From the NCBI GenBank assembly GCA_947447625.1, contig CANFKS010000003.1, positions 899 to 64,898 on the forward strand: DNA of 64,000 nt, in the 5' to 3' direction. The position numbers and the translations under genes were made by a program. The stretch comes from Rhodospirillales bacterium. GTDB lineage: Bacteria; Pseudomonadota; Alphaproteobacteria; Acetobacterales; Acetobacteraceae. Of this stretch, positions 10,331 to 20,678 are shown one piece after another; the first letter of the stretch is position 1, and every line of letters starts with the position of its first letter. The notes below the pieces were generated by a model that saw nothing but the letters and a program-made list of their open reading frames with translations, was not told the DNA's origin and searched no databases.

Positions 10331-11866
10331 ATGGTCAATCCACCCACCAGCACAGACGCGGCCGCGCCACTGAAAGTGAAGCATCGCGCCCTCATAACCG
10401 GTTGCGTGATGATCGCCACCCTGATGCAGGTGCTCGACAGCACCATCGCCAACGTCGCCATGCCCTTCATGCAGAGCAGCCTCGACAGCACCATCGACCA
10501 GATCACCTGGGTGCTGACCTCCTACGTCATCGCCTCTGCCATCATGACCGCGCCAGTCGGCTGGATGGCCGCGCGCTACGGCCGCAAGCGCCTTTTCTTG
10601 ATCTGCCTCGCCGGTTTCACAGTCACCTCGATGATGTGCGGCGCAGCCCAGTCATTGCCGCAAATGGTCATCTTCCGCATCCTGCAAGGCAGTTTCGGCG
10701 CTGCCCTCGTGCCCCTGTGCCAAGCGATCATGCTCGACATTTATCCAGTCGAAAAGCGCCCTCAGGCCATGGCGATCTGGGGTCTCGGCGTCATGGTCGG
10801 CCCGATCTCGGGCCCGACCATCGGCGGCTGGCTGACGGACGTCTATAACTGGCGCTCGGTCTTCTACGTGAACCTCCCTTTTGGGATCCTGGCCATGGTC
10901 GGCCTGGCGTTCTTCCTGCCGAAATCATCGCCGAACGACAGCCTTCGCTTTGACTGGACGGGATTTACCGTCCTTGGCCTCGGCCTCGGCAGCCTCCAGC
11001 TGATGCTTGATCGCGGCCAGGAACAGGACTGGTTTTCCTCCCGCGAAATCGTCGTCGAATGCATCCTCGCCGTCCTCGGCGCCTATCTTTTCCTGGTACA
11101 CATGTTCACGGCGAAGAAACCCTTCATTCCGCCGGCCATCTTCCAGGACCGCAATTTTACCTCAGCCATGCTCATCATGGCCACCACCGGGATGGTGCTG
11201 ATGGCGAGCTCCGCTCTGCTGGCGCCTTACCTCCAAAATCTCGCCGGTTACCCCGTGCAGACCGCGGGCATCATCATGGCCCCGCGGGGTCTTGGCACGA
11301 TGGTGGCCATGATCCTTGCCGGCAAATTCGGCAACCGGGTCGACTCGCGAGTCTTCATGACCGTCGGCTGCCTTGTCCTCGCGATGACGCTCTACAGCAT
11401 GAGCGGCTGGACCCCGGACGTGTCCCGAGACCAGATGCTGGTCACCCTCGTCCTCCAAGGATTCGGCATGGGTTGGATTTTCAACCCCCTCTCCGTCATC
11501 GCTTACGCCACCCTCGCCCCGAATTTTCGCGCTGACGGGGCTGCGTTGCTCAGCCTGTTCCGCAACATCGGCGCAGCAGTCGGCATTTCGATCACCTCGT
11601 TTTCACTCACGCGGAACGCCCAAACCGTCCACAGCGTGCTCTCAGAGGTCGCCACCCCCTTCAACCGCCTCTTTCATGGCTCCAGCCAGCTCGCCCACAC
11701 CCTTGACCCCGCCACAACCCACGGCGCCGCCATTCTCGACCAGATGATCAGCCGCCAGGCGCTCATCATCGCCTACAACGACGATTTCCTGCTGATGACC
11801 TGGGTCACCATTCCGACGCTCATCCTGATCGCTCTCATGCGCCGGGCAGGCACGCCGCGGGCGTAA
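10331..11866 (+). CDS. MFS efflux transporter, EmrB/QacA (DHA2) family
   Basis: The track ORF 9854-11866 has an implausible 5' extension antisense to the binding-protein gene. From ATG 10331 the protein reads MVNPP...LITGCVMIATLMQVLDSTIANVAMPFMQ, a 14-TMS DHA2 pattern. Confidence 0.8.
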   Translation: MVNPPTSTDAAAPLKVKHRALITGCVMIATLMQVLDSTIANVAMPFMQSSLDSTIDQITWVLTSYVIASAIMTAPVGWMAARYGRKRLFLICLAGFTVTSMMCGAAQSLPQMVIFRILQGSFGAALVPLCQAIMLDIYPVEKRPQAMAIWGLGVMVGPISGPTIGGWLTDVYNWRSVFYVNLPFGILAMVGLAFFLPKSSPNDSLRFDWTGFTVLGLGLGSLQLMLDRGQEQDWFSSREIVVECILAVLGAYLFLVHMFTAKKPFIPPAIFQDRNFTSAMLIMATTGMVLMASSALLAPYLQNLAGYPVQTAGIIMAPRGLGTMVAMILAGKFGNRVDSRVFMTVGCLVLAMTLYSMSGWTPDVSRDQMLVTLVLQGFGMGWIFNPLSVIAYATLAPNFRADGAALLSLFRNIGAAVGISITSFSLTRNAQTVHSVLSEVATPFNRLFHGSSQLAHTLDPATTHGAAILDQMISRQALIIAYNDDFLLMTWVTIPTLILIALMRRAGTPRA

Positions 11867-11927
11867 CACGCGGTTGCGGTTGATACCCATCGGGCGCGAG
11901 GCTTGGTCGGAAGAAGGAGGACCACCC

Positions 11928-11973
11928 GAGAACCTGATGATTTTTGGCGGTTCTGCCAAAAATCATCAGGTTC
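11928..11973. repeat. REP/MITE-like palindromic element, copy A
   Basis: AGAACCTGATGATTTTTGG-CGGTTCTG-CCAAAAATCATCAGGTTCT, with perfect 19-bp arms and an 8-nt loop. Lies between convergent stops of the MFS (11866) and thiolase (11993) genes. Confidence 0.75.
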
Positions 11974-11992
11974 TAAATCTCAAATGCCGATC

Positions 11993-13198
11993 TCAGAAGA
12001 TCTCGAACAACCCGGCCGCGCCCATCCCGCCACCGACGCACATGGTGACGACGCCGTATTTGGCGCCGCGGCGTTTCCCTTCGATCAGCACGTGGCCCAT
12101 CATACGGGCGCCCGACATGCCATAGGGATGCCCAATGGAGATCGCGCCGCCCGAGACATTGAGGCGATCATTGGGGATGCCAAGCCGGTCGCGGCAGTAG
12201 AGCACCTGGCTCGCGAAGGCCTCGTTGAGTTCCCAGATACCGATGTCGTCGATCGACAGACCGTGCAGCTTCAGCAGTTTCGGGACTGCGAACACGGGCC
12301 CGATCCCCATTTCTCCAGGATCGCACCCAGCCACCGCCATGCCACGATAAGCCCCGAGTGGCGTCAATCCGCGCTTGGCGGCTTCTTTTGCTTCCATCAA
12401 CACGCAGGCCGATGAACCATCCGAAAGCTGCGAAGCATTGCCGGCGGTGATGAACTTCCCTTCGGCGATCGTTTGTCCATTCTTAAACACGGGTTGCAGC
12501 TTCTGCAGATCAGCCAGCACTGTCTGGGGCCGATTGCCTTCGTCCATCGACAGCGTCACTTCGCGCGCCGATGCCACCCCCGTTGCCTTGTCGACCACCT
12601 GCATGATCGTCGTCATGGCAGCGATTTCCGCGTTCAGCCGGCCTTCAGCCTGCGCCTGCCCGGTTCTCTGTTGGGACTGGAGTGCATATTCGTCCTGCGC
12701 TTCGCGGGTGATGCCGTATCGCTCCGCAACAATTTCGGCGGTTTCGAGCATGCTCATGTAGAGCTGCGGCACGATTTCCATGAGCTTCGGATCCTGCGTG
12801 CGGAACCGGTTCATCTTCTCGTTCTGCACCAGCGAGATCGACTCCACACCGCCGCCGACGGTTATGGTCATCCCGTCGAAGATGATCTCCTTCGCTGCTG
12901 TCGCAATCGCCATCAGCCCCGATGCGCACTGTCGATCCATTGACATACCGGCTACCGACTGCGGCAAGCCGGCCCGCAGCCCTGCCTGACGGCCGATGTT
13001 GGAACCGGTCGAGCCCTGTTGCAACGCGCTGCCCATGATCACGTCTTCGACCTCGGCGGGGTCGATCCCCGCCCGGCTCACCGCGTTCGCAATCGCGTGG
13101 CCAGCCAATGCCTGCGCCTGGGTATCATTGAAGGCGCCCCGGTACGCCTTGCCGATCGGCGTGCGGGCGGTTGATACGATAACGGCTTCGCGCGTCAT
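11993..13198 (-). CDS. Acetyl-CoA C-acetyl/acyltransferase (thiolase)
   Basis: Start moved to ATG 13198 (AAGGAG SD upstream), giving [23 protein letters not shown]. Active-site regions DRQCASGL and CVGGGMG are present. Confidence 0.9.
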   Translation of the reverse strand: MTREAVIVSTARTPIGKAYRGAFNDTQAQALAGHAIANAVSRAGIDPAEVEDVIMGSALQQGSTGSNIGRQAGLRAGLPQSVAGMSMDRQCASGLMAIATAAKEIIFDGMTITVGGGVESISLVQNEKMNRFRTQDPKLMEIVPQLYMSMLETAEIVAERYGITREAQDEYALQSQQRTGQAQAEGRLNAEIAAMTTIMQVVDKATGVASAREVTLSMDEGNRPQTVLADLQKLQPVFKNGQTIAEGKFITAGNASQLSDGSSACVLMEAKEAAKRGLTPLGAYRGMAVAGCDPGEMGIGPVFAVPKLLKLHGLSIDDIGIWELNEAFASQVLYCRDRLGIPNDRLNVSGGAISIGHPYGMSGARMMGHVLIEGKRRGAKYGVVTMCVGGGMGAAGLFEIF

Positions 13199-13257
13199 AA
13201 TGTTCTCCTTCAATCCAAACGTTCCACGTGAAAATCTAGCCTGACTGCGCCTTGATG

Positions 13258-14862
13258 TCACACCCTGCGCACGTTCCAGGGATAGGAGGCGGACCCATCC
13301 AGAATGCCGCTAATATCGTTCCTGCGCACCGTGAAGACCCCGTACTGTCCAAGTGGAATCAATGGCGGATCCTCGAACAGCACCTTCTGATACCGGTCGA
13401 ACAGCCCCTGGCTTGAAGCGCCCGTCGGGCTGTCCAGCCATTCCTGCGCCAACGCCTCGATCTCCGGCTTGTCGTACCAACCAACCCACCCTTTCGCACC
13501 CTGCCCGCGGACGTACATGTTCAGTGCCGGGTTGATCATCGACACCATCGAGCCCGAGGTATGGAACATGCTCCATCCCCCCTTCTCCACCGGCTCGCGA
13601 TTTGTTGTCCGCTGGATCATCGTGCCCCAGTCCATCGGCTGGAAATCGACATTCATTCCAAGCCGTTTCAGCAGATCCGCCATCACGGTGCCGAATGCAC
13701 CGAGCTGCGGGTAGTCCATCGGCGCCATGACCACGGTGCGTTCGCCATTATAGCCGGAATCAGCGATCAGCTTGCGCGCCACCTCCAGTTTCAGCGCCGG
13801 CATATCGGCCTGGCCGAGCTCGCTGACGTCCTTCACGCCACACGGCATCATGGCTTTGCAGGTGCGCCAGACCTCGTGATCGTCGCCGAACCCGGCGCGC
13901 ATGAAGTCCTCCTGATCGACCGCAGCCAGAACGGCGCGGCGCAGCTTCAGGTTGTTGAACGGCTTCTGGAGGTGATTGAACCTGGCGATCGCATACCAGT
14001 TGTAGGGGTCTTTCGCCTGGACGGTGATGCCTTTGGCCTTGCGAAGCATCTCGTGCAGATCGGCTGGTGTGTATTCCCACCAATCCATTTCACCAGCCTG
14101 GATCGCATTGGCCGCGGTCGCCGAATCCGGCATCGTATACCACGTCACCCGATCGAAATACGCGATCTTGCCCCCCGCCGTGCGCTCCGCCTTCTCGGCG
14201 CGCGGCACATACTTGTCGAACTTTACATATGCTGCCCGGCTCCCCGGGTTGAATTCATCCGCCAGAAACCGATAAGGCCCGCTGCCGGTTGCGTCCTTCA
14301 CGGCCGTATAGGCGTCCGTATTGGCGAAGCGCTCCGGCATAACGAAACACGCCAGCGCCCCCACGCGCGACAAGGCGACGAGAAGATGCGGAAACGGCCG
14401 TTTCAGTTTCAGCCTGATCGTCTTGTCGTCGGGCGCATCCAGCGTATCCACCACCTCGGCGATGAGTTGCCCGAACGAATCGCGTTTCCACCACCGTCGC
14501 ATCGAAGCCACCGCATCGCGCGCGCGCACCGGCTCTCCGTCATGGAACCACAGCCCGTCACGCAACGTGAACCGCCACTCCCGCCCGTCATCAGACACCG
14601 TATGGCCGTTCACCATCTGCGGTCGTGGGCTTAAATCCTGCCCGATGCCATAAAGCGTGTCGTAAACGTGATAGGCGTGGTTGAGCGTCACCAAAGACGC
14701 CGTCCAGATCGGATCCAGCACCGTCAGCCCGACGGCTGAAATGAACCGCAGTTCGCGCGGGTCGCGCTTCTGCGCCTGCGCGGGACGAAATCCGGCGGCG
14801 CCACTGGCGACAGCCCCGGCGCCGGCAATCAGCGCGCGACGGGGAAGGGATAATGGCGTCAT
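13258..14862 (-). CDS. ABC transporter substrate-binding protein, family 5 (peptide/nickel type), orphan
   Basis: 534 aa with Tat-like signal [27 protein letters not shown] and DppA/OppA-like fold length. No permease or ATPase genes are adjacent. Confidence 0.85.
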   Translation of the reverse strand: MTPLSLPRRALIAGAGAVASGAAGFRPAQAQKRDPRELRFISAVGLTVLDPIWTASLVTLNHAYHVYDTLYGIGQDLSPRPQMVNGHTVSDDGREWRFTLRDGLWFHDGEPVRARDAVASMRRWWKRDSFGQLIAEVVDTLDAPDDKTIRLKLKRPFPHLLVALSRVGALACFVMPERFANTDAYTAVKDATGSGPYRFLADEFNPGSRAAYVKFDKYVPRAEKAERTAGGKIAYFDRVTWYTMPDSATAANAIQAGEMDWWEYTPADLHEMLRKAKGITVQAKDPYNWYAIARFNHLQKPFNNLKLRRAVLAAVDQEDFMRAGFGDDHEVWRTCKAMMPCGVKDVSELGQADMPALKLEVARKLIADSGYNGERTVVMAPMDYPQLGAFGTVMADLLKRLGMNVDFQPMDWGTMIQRTTNREPVEKGGWSMFHTSGSMVSMINPALNMYVRGQGAKGWVGWYDKPEIEALAQEWLDSPTGASSQGLFDRYQKVLFEDPPLIPLGQYGVFTVRRNDISGILDGSASYPWNVRRV

Positions 14863-15010
14863 GGCGTTGTGTCTCCCGTATCGGCGGCATTCTTAGGCCG
14901 CATCTGAGCACACAATGTACCGGCTCGCGCACCGCGCCAAGCCAAACGTTATCTGTTACGAATCGCCCCAGCGACAAGTCAACGCCAGCCATGCATTCTG
15001 CACGAAACAC

Positions 15011-16333
15011 ATGCCGGAGGGCCACGTGCCCAGCTTCATCGCCCAACTCCAGACCGCCTCTCCCCGCTCCCTGCTTGAGACGTGCCTCGATACCATCGAA
15101 GCCCGCGAGCCCGTGCTGCGCGCTTTTACCGCATTGGACCCCGCAGCAGCCCGAGCCGCTGCCGACGCTGCCACCGCCCGACGCATCGCCAACCGCCCGC
15201 TATCGCCGATCGATGGCATGCCAATCGCGGTGAAAGACCTCATTGAAACCGTCGACCACCCGACCCGCTTCGGCTCCGCCGCCTTCGCGCACCATCCACC
15301 GCCGCGGCGCGACGCGGCCCCGATCGCCGCCCTGCGTGCTGCCGGCGCTGTGATTGTCGGCAAAACCGTCACCACCGAATTCGGCGTCGGCGGCCCGGGC
15401 CCCACGCGCAATCCGCACGATTCCGCACGCAGCCCTGGCGGCTCTTCGTCGGGCTCCGGCGCCGCTGTCGGTGCCGGTATGGTCCCCGTCGCTCTCGGCA
15501 CCCAGGTGGGTGGCTCGGTGCTCCGCCCGGCAAGTTTTTGCGGCGCCATCGGCCTTAAACCCACCTATGGCGCTCTCAATCGCGGTCAGCTGTCCGACCA
15601 ATTCAGCCAGAATTGTCTCGGCGTGATCGGCATCCATCTCGATGATATCTGGGGCGTCTGCCACGAAATCGCGACCCGGGTTGGCGGGGATCCGGGCCAT
15701 GTCGCCTTCTCCGCCGGCCCTCTACCCGAACCTCCGTGCCGCCCTACGACGCTCGCTGTGCTCGAAACTGCAGGTTGGGCCGCTGCCGACGATGCCGCCC
15801 GCGCCGCCTTGCATACCGAACTCGAACACCTCTCGGTCGCCGGGATTCGGCTGATTGACCGCACCTCGTCAACGCGTATCGCCGATCTCGAACGTCTGCT
15901 CGCCGATGCGGCTGAAATCACCACTGGCATCAACGGATGGGAATCGCTCTGGCCGATCGGCGAACTGGCGGATCGCCTCGCCCCGGGCACACTGCATCCC
16001 CGCACCGAGGAACTCCTCGCCACGGGCCGCGCTCTCACGCTCGATGGTTACACCGCCCTGCTGCGCCGCCGTGATGCGGTGCGCGAGGCCCTCATCGCCC
16101 TCGCGCCCGATATCGATGCCTGCATCACCCTTGCTGCGCCCGGTGCCGCGCCCATCGGCCTGGAAACCACGGGCAACGCGATATTCAATATCCCCGCCTC
16201 CATGCTGCGCTGCCCCGCGATCTCGCTGCCGCTGCTCGAAGCCGACGGCATGCCGCTCGGGCTTCAACTCATCGGTTTCCCCAACGCCGAGCGCAGGATC
16301 GGCGCCTATGCGGCCTGGTTTCTCAGCAAATGA
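15011..16333 (+). CDS. Amidase (amidase-signature family)
   Basis: Carries the AS signature GGSSSGSGAAVGAG and catalytic-region residues. The track ORF starts at 14915; ATG 15011 (MPEGHVPSFIAQL...) gives a more typical N-terminus. Start is uncertain. Confidence 0.85.
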   Translation: MPEGHVPSFIAQLQTASPRSLLETCLDTIEAREPVLRAFTALDPAAARAAADAATARRIANRPLSPIDGMPIAVKDLIETVDHPTRFGSAAFAHHPPPRRDAAPIAALRAAGAVIVGKTVTTEFGVGGPGPTRNPHDSARSPGGSSSGSGAAVGAGMVPVALGTQVGGSVLRPASFCGAIGLKPTYGALNRGQLSDQFSQNCLGVIGIHLDDIWGVCHEIATRVGGDPGHVAFSAGPLPEPPCRPTTLAVLETAGWAAADDAARAALHTELEHLSVAGIRLIDRTSSTRIADLERLLADAAEITTGINGWESLWPIGELADRLAPGTLHPRTEELLATGRALTLDGYTALLRRRDAVREALIALAPDIDACITLAAPGAAPIGLETTGNAIFNIPASMLRCPAISLPLLEADGMPLGLQLIGFPNAERRIGAYAAWFLSK

Positions 16334-16354
16334 GCCATATCGCGCGGGGGGCCG

Positions 16355-17068
16355 TCAGGCTGCTCGCAACGTTCCCTCGGGATCCAGCCGGTAGCCGCCA
16401 CCTTCGGTGATCAACAGCCGCGCGGCGCCGGGGTCGGGCTCGATCTTCTGTCGCAGGCGGTAGATGTGGGTCTCCAACGTGTGCGTGGTCACGTTCGCGT
16501 TATAGCCCCACACTTCATTGAGCAGCACCTGGCGCGGCACGGCGGTAGCCCCCGCGCGATACAGATACTTCAAGATCGCGGCTTCTTTCTCGGTCAGGCG
16601 GATACGCTTGTTCTTCGCCGGCTCCTGCAGCGTCTTCGCCATCGGGCGAAACATGTAGGGCCCGATGGTGAACACCGCGTCTTCGCTGTTCTCGAAAATC
16701 CGCAACTGAGCGCGTAACCGCGCCAGCAATTCGGCCAGACGGAAGGGCTTGGCGACGCAGTCGTTCGCCCCTGAATCGGGCTCGCGCACCACACCCGCCT
16801 CGTCATCGGAGCCGAGGAGCATGATGATCGGAATTTTCAACCCCTGCTGCCGCAGCCGGGCACACAAATCGCGCCCGTCCCCATCCGGCAGAGTGACGTC
16901 AAGAATGACCGCATCGAACCGCGAACGCCCCGCCAGCGCGGCCTCTGCTTCAGCGATGCTTGCTGCTCCTTCCGCGCTGAACTCGCCGTCAACTGCCAGT
17001 TGTTCGAGCAGCATAGTCCGCAGTGTCGGATCGTCGTCGACAACAAGGATGGGCCGATCACCGGGCAT
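16355..17068 (-). CDS. OmpR/PhoB-family response regulator (CenR-like), no adjacent kinase
   Basis: ATG 17068 is preceded by AAGGAG with a 6-nt spacer. Receiver domain has VVDDDPTLR, ILDVTLPDGDG and KPF. The winged helix has LTEKEAAILKYL...VWGYNANVTTHTLETHIYRLRQKIE. Confidence 0.85.
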   Translation of the reverse strand: MPGDRPILVVDDDPTLRTMLLEQLAVDGEFSAEGAASIAEAEAALAGRSRFDAVILDVTLPDGDGRDLCARLRQQGLKIPIIMLLGSDDEAGVVREPDSGANDCVAKPFRLAELLARLRAQLRIFENSEDAVFTIGPYMFRPMAKTLQEPAKNKRIRLTEKEAAILKYLYRAGATAVPRQVLLNEVWGYNANVTTHTLETHIYRLRQKIEPDPGAARLLITEGGGYRLDPEGTLRAA

Positions 17069-17204
17069 GCGGTGCTCCTTTACGCGTTTATCGTTCCCGA
17101 CGGACACCAGCGTTGCACCCGCCGGAAGCAGGATGATCTAGAATTTTTATATCACAGATCCGCAAAATCAGTCAGCCGCCCGTCCTCTCCTGCACGAGCT
17201 ACTT

Positions 17205-18446
17205 GTGATGAGGATTTCCGCCACAACCTTTAGGCTCTATACCGAGATGATGTTGGAGCTCATGGATCACGTGCCGCTACGCGACAAGGCTGCCCCTCTT
17301 CCCGCGGACATTCTCGGTACACCAGATGGCGCTCGCGGTGCGAGGCGGCCAGATGATGCAGTGCTGCGCACCCGCGCTGTTCACCGCGCCATTTCGGAGT
17401 TGAAGCGTGGAGCGCCGATCCTGCTGCGCGGCCCGTCACCGCTTGTCGTCATTCCGGCAGAGACAGCCGGGGCGGCCGGTATGCGCGACATGGGATCGCT
17501 CTCGGTCGGCCCCGCACTTCTGTTGCTTGCCCCCTCTCGCGCGTCGGTTGCCTTGCAGCGCCAGGTCAGTTCAGCCGCCACCGCCGTCGCCATCCGCCTG
17601 ACGGGCCTGTTGGTGGATGTTGCTGTGCTGCGCGGCCTTGCCGACCCGACCGCCGAACAACTGCTTCCCGAGGAACCGGCCCTGGTTGATCCTCCGCCCG
17701 CCTCTGCCGCCGCGGTGCTCTTGGTCAAACTCGCCCGCCTGCTGCCCGCTGCCGTTGTCGCACAGGCGCATCCCGACGCGGCCAGCCGTGCGATCGAGCT
17801 TGGTTTGTTGAGCACCGACGCCGCCGATGTGCTCGCCTATCCCGCGGAAATGGGCCACGGATTATTTCGCGTTGCTGAAACCGCTGTCCCGCTTGATGGC
17901 GCGCCGGATGCCCGCATCGTTGCCTTCCGGGAGCCTGACAGCGGCGTAGAGCACCTCGCCATCCTGGTCGGTCGTCCTGAGCAGACTGACGCCCCTCTGG
18001 TGCGGATTCACTCCGAATGCTTCACCGGTGACCTGCTTGGCAGCTTGCGCTGTGACTGCGGCCCGCAACTCAAGGGCGCCATTCATCGTATGGGCGAGGC
18101 CGGCGCCGGGGTGCTGCTCTATCTCGCACAGGAGGGCCGCGGGATCGGCCTGGTCAACAAGTTGCGCGCTTACGCCATGCAGGATCGTGGTCTCGACACG
18201 CTCGACGCCAATCGGGCCCTTGGATGGGGTGTCGATGAGCGCAATTTCCTGCTCGCAGCCACCATGCTCGAAGCCCTCGGTGTCCCCCGTGTCCGACTGC
18301 TCACCAACAACCCCGAAAAAATCGCCTCGCTAACTGCCCTTGGTATCGAGGTGGTCAATCGCGAGAGCCATGAGTTCGCACCGAATGGCGTCAACAATCA
18401 ATATCTTGCTACCAAGGCTGCCCGCTTCGGCCACATGTTCAAGTGA
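17205..18446 (+). CDS. ribA: GTP cyclohydrolase II with N-terminal degenerate DHBP-synthase-like domain
   Basis: The C-terminal half has IHSECFTGDLLGSLRCDCGPQL and LYLAQEGRGIGLVNK (GCH II). The N-terminal ~200 aa lacks the acidic RibB active-site loop. Exact start is uncertain. Confidence 0.75.
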   Translation: MMRISATTFRLYTEMMLELMDHVPLRDKAAPLPADILGTPDGARGARRPDDAVLRTRAVHRAISELKRGAPILLRGPSPLVVIPAETAGAAGMRDMGSLSVGPALLLLAPSRASVALQRQVSSAATAVAIRLTGLLVDVAVLRGLADPTAEQLLPEEPALVDPPPASAAAVLLVKLARLLPAAVVAQAHPDAASRAIELGLLSTDAADVLAYPAEMGHGLFRVAETAVPLDGAPDARIVAFREPDSGVEHLAILVGRPEQTDAPLVRIHSECFTGDLLGSLRCDCGPQLKGAIHRMGEAGAGVLLYLAQEGRGIGLVNKLRAYAMQDRGLDTLDANRALGWGVDERNFLLAATMLEALGVPRVRLLTNNPEKIASLTALGIEVVNRESHEFAPNGVNNQYLATKAARFGHMFK

Positions 18447-18937
18447 CAGAAGCCATCGTCCACGCTGACGGCCGTCTGGTTTTCAAAGGGCAGACCTTCC
18501 GTTGCGCCATCGGTAAAGGCGGTGCCCGCACCGACAAGTCCGAAGGTGACAGCGCGACCCCGATTGCCTTCTTGCCACTTCGCCGGGTCCTTTACCGCGC
18601 CGACCGCGTCGCCATCCCCGCCTGCGCTGTGCCCAAGGAGGCCCTCGCCCCGGAAGACGGCTGGTGCGATGACACAACCCATCGCGCCTATAACACGGCC
18701 ATCCGCCTGCCCCACCCCGCCCGCCACGAGGAATTGTGGCGCCGTGACGCGGTCTACGACATCATCGGCATTCTCGGCTGGAACGATGACCCGGTGGTTC
18801 GCCAGCGCGGCAGCGCGATTTTCCTCCATGTCGCCCGGCCCGACTACGCGCCGACCGAAGGCTGCGTCGCCCTTGCGCGACCGGATCTGCAAAAAGTGCT
18901 CGCCGCCGGCATCACCGCCCTGCAGATTGTTCCATAG
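18443..18937 (+). CDS. YkuD-fold (L,D-transpeptidase catalytic domain) protein without signal peptide
   Basis: GTG start overlaps the ribA stop (GTGA). 164 aa with GDSATPIAF and SAIFLHVARPDYAPTEGCVAL, the His...Cys YkuD signature. No N-terminal hydrophobic leader. Confidence 0.65.
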   Translation: MTEAIVHADGRLVFKGQTFRCAIGKGGARTDKSEGDSATPIAFLPLRRVLYRADRVAIPACAVPKEALAPEDGWCDDTTHRAYNTAIRLPHPARHEELWRRDAVYDIIGILGWNDDPVVRQRGSAIFLHVARPDYAPTEGCVALARPDLQKVLAAGITALQIVP

Positions 18938-19010
18938 CGCCGAATTCTAATCATGAGCCATAATAACAACGTCAGTTATTGATCGCTGATCCCCTGGTGT
19001 CCATCGATCC

Positions 19011-19060
19011 CTAGAGCCTGATGATTTTTGGTGATTCCACCAAAAATCATCAGGCTCTAG
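19011..19060. repeat. REP/MITE-like palindromic element, copy B (best copy)
   Basis: CTAGAGCCTGATGATTTTTGG-TGATTCCA-CCAAAAATCATCAGGCTCTAG, with perfect 21-bp arms. Lies between convergent stops at 18937 and 19064. Confidence 0.8.
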
Positions 19061-19063
19061 CCC

Positions 19064-20467
19064 TCAGGGCAGCACTTTGCCCGGATTCATCATCCCCGCA
19101 GGATCGATTGCCGCCTTGATCCGCTGCATCACGGCCAGTTCCGCCCCGCCCCGCCAATCCGGCATCATGTAGGGTTTCAACTGTCCGATTCCGTGTTCGG
19201 CCGAAAAACTGCCATCGTATTTCCGCACCACGGCGCACACCGTATCCATGATGTCATGATCCCGCCCGAGGAATGCGGCGCCATCCATATCAACGGGTTG
19301 TTCCAGATTAAAATGGATATTACCGTCTCCCATGTGCCCGAACGGCACCACTCGGATCCCCGGCATCAGCGCCTCACAGGCGAGTGTCGCCTCGCGGATG
19401 AAGGCCGGAACCTTGGAAACCGGCACTGAAACGTCGTTCTTGACCGAAGCGCCCTCGCGCTTCTGCGCCTCGGTATGCTCCTCGCGCAGCCGCCAGATCG
19501 CTGCCCGTTGCGCCTGGCTCTCGGCAATGGCCGCATCTGTAACATCCCCGGCCGCCAGCGCCGCCTCCAGCACCAACTCCATAGCGGCGCGCAGCCCGGC
19601 ATTCGGCCGGGGTGTCGCCAGTTCGATCAGGGCGTAGTGCGGCGCGCGATCGGCCAGCGGCAAGGTGGTGCCTGGGATATTCCGCAGCACGAATTCCATT
19701 CCCGCTCCGGACATGTACTCGAATGCCTGGATTGCCGCGGGGTCATTGCGATGAAACCTGGTGAACAAGGCCAGCGCAGCCTCCGGCGACGGCACGGCGC
19801 ACAACGCCACCGCCAACTCAGTCGGCTGCGGCACCAGCTTCATCACGGCCGCGGTGATGATACCTAGGGTGCCTTCGGCGCCGACGAACAATTGGCGCAG
19901 GCAATAGCCGGTGTTGTCCTTCCGGAGTTGCCGCAGCCCATGCCAGATTTCACCATCCGGCAGCACCACTTCGAGCCCCAGCACCAAGTCCCGCGCATTG
20001 CCATAGCGCACAGTGTTGTTGCCGCCCGCATTGGTCGACAGCACGCCCCCGATTTGCGCCGTTCCCTCCGAGCCGATTGACAGCGGCAGCAGGCACCCAG
20101 CTTCCTCGGCCGCGTTCTGCGCCGCTTTAAGCGTCACGCCGGCATCGACGGTAAGGGTCTGGTCGATCGGATCGATGGCGCGGATGCGGTTCATGCGCGA
20201 AAGCGAGAGGATGAATTCGCTGCCGTCCTCGCTTGGTGTGGCGCCGCCGCACATGGAGGTATTGCCGCCTTGCGGGACGATTTTTGCCCCAGCCGCGGCG
20301 CAGATTTTTACGGCGGCGGCGAGTTCGTCCGTATTGGCGGGACGGAGCACCGCGCGCGGATGACCGCGATAAAGCTTGCGCCAGTCCTCCGCATAGGCCG
20401 CGGTATCGGCAGCTTCGGTGATCAGGCCGAGAGGGCCGAGCAGGGATTTTAGGGTGTCGATCGGCAT
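19064..20467 (-). CDS. FAD-binding oxidoreductase (GlcD / D-2-hydroxyacid dehydrogenase family)
   Basis: 467 aa with FAD_binding_4-type N-terminus KIVPQGGNTSMCGG and C-terminal SFSAEHGIGQLK. Confidence 0.85.
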   Translation of the reverse strand: MPIDTLKSLLGPLGLITEAADTAAYAEDWRKLYRGHPRAVLRPANTDELAAAVKICAAAGAKIVPQGGNTSMCGGATPSEDGSEFILSLSRMNRIRAIDPIDQTLTVDAGVTLKAAQNAAEEAGCLLPLSIGSEGTAQIGGVLSTNAGGNNTVRYGNARDLVLGLEVVLPDGEIWHGLRQLRKDNTGYCLRQLFVGAEGTLGIITAAVMKLVPQPTELAVALCAVPSPEAALALFTRFHRNDPAAIQAFEYMSGAGMEFVLRNIPGTTLPLADRAPHYALIELATPRPNAGLRAAMELVLEAALAAGDVTDAAIAESQAQRAAIWRLREEHTEAQKREGASVKNDVSVPVSKVPAFIREATLACEALMPGIRVVPFGHMGDGNIHFNLEQPVDMDGAAFLGRDHDIMDTVCAVVRKYDGSFSAEHGIGQLKPYMMPDWRGGAELAVMQRIKAAIDPAGMMNPGKVLP

Positions 20468-20678
20468 GGCGGAGGCTCCGGCAAAGATGAGTCAGTTTGG
20501 CAGCTTTCGGCGGGGTTTGCACAGGTGGGGGGCAACAAAAGCACTTTTGGCGCACTCCGGGATCGATGCATTGGCAGCATCAGTCGGGATCGTCGGCTGT
20601 TTTGCGGCTCGTGCAGGCGTCTACATTGTGCCGGTCGGGGATGGCGGTCATCCTGTCGAGCTTAATCGAGGGTTGAGC

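Noticed and set aside
13220-13235. parS-like sequence CGTTCCACGTGAAAAT upstream of the thiolase gene
   Set aside because: Only 12 of 16 positions match the consensus and the outer arms are not symmetric. It is most likely a chance CACGTG-centred match.
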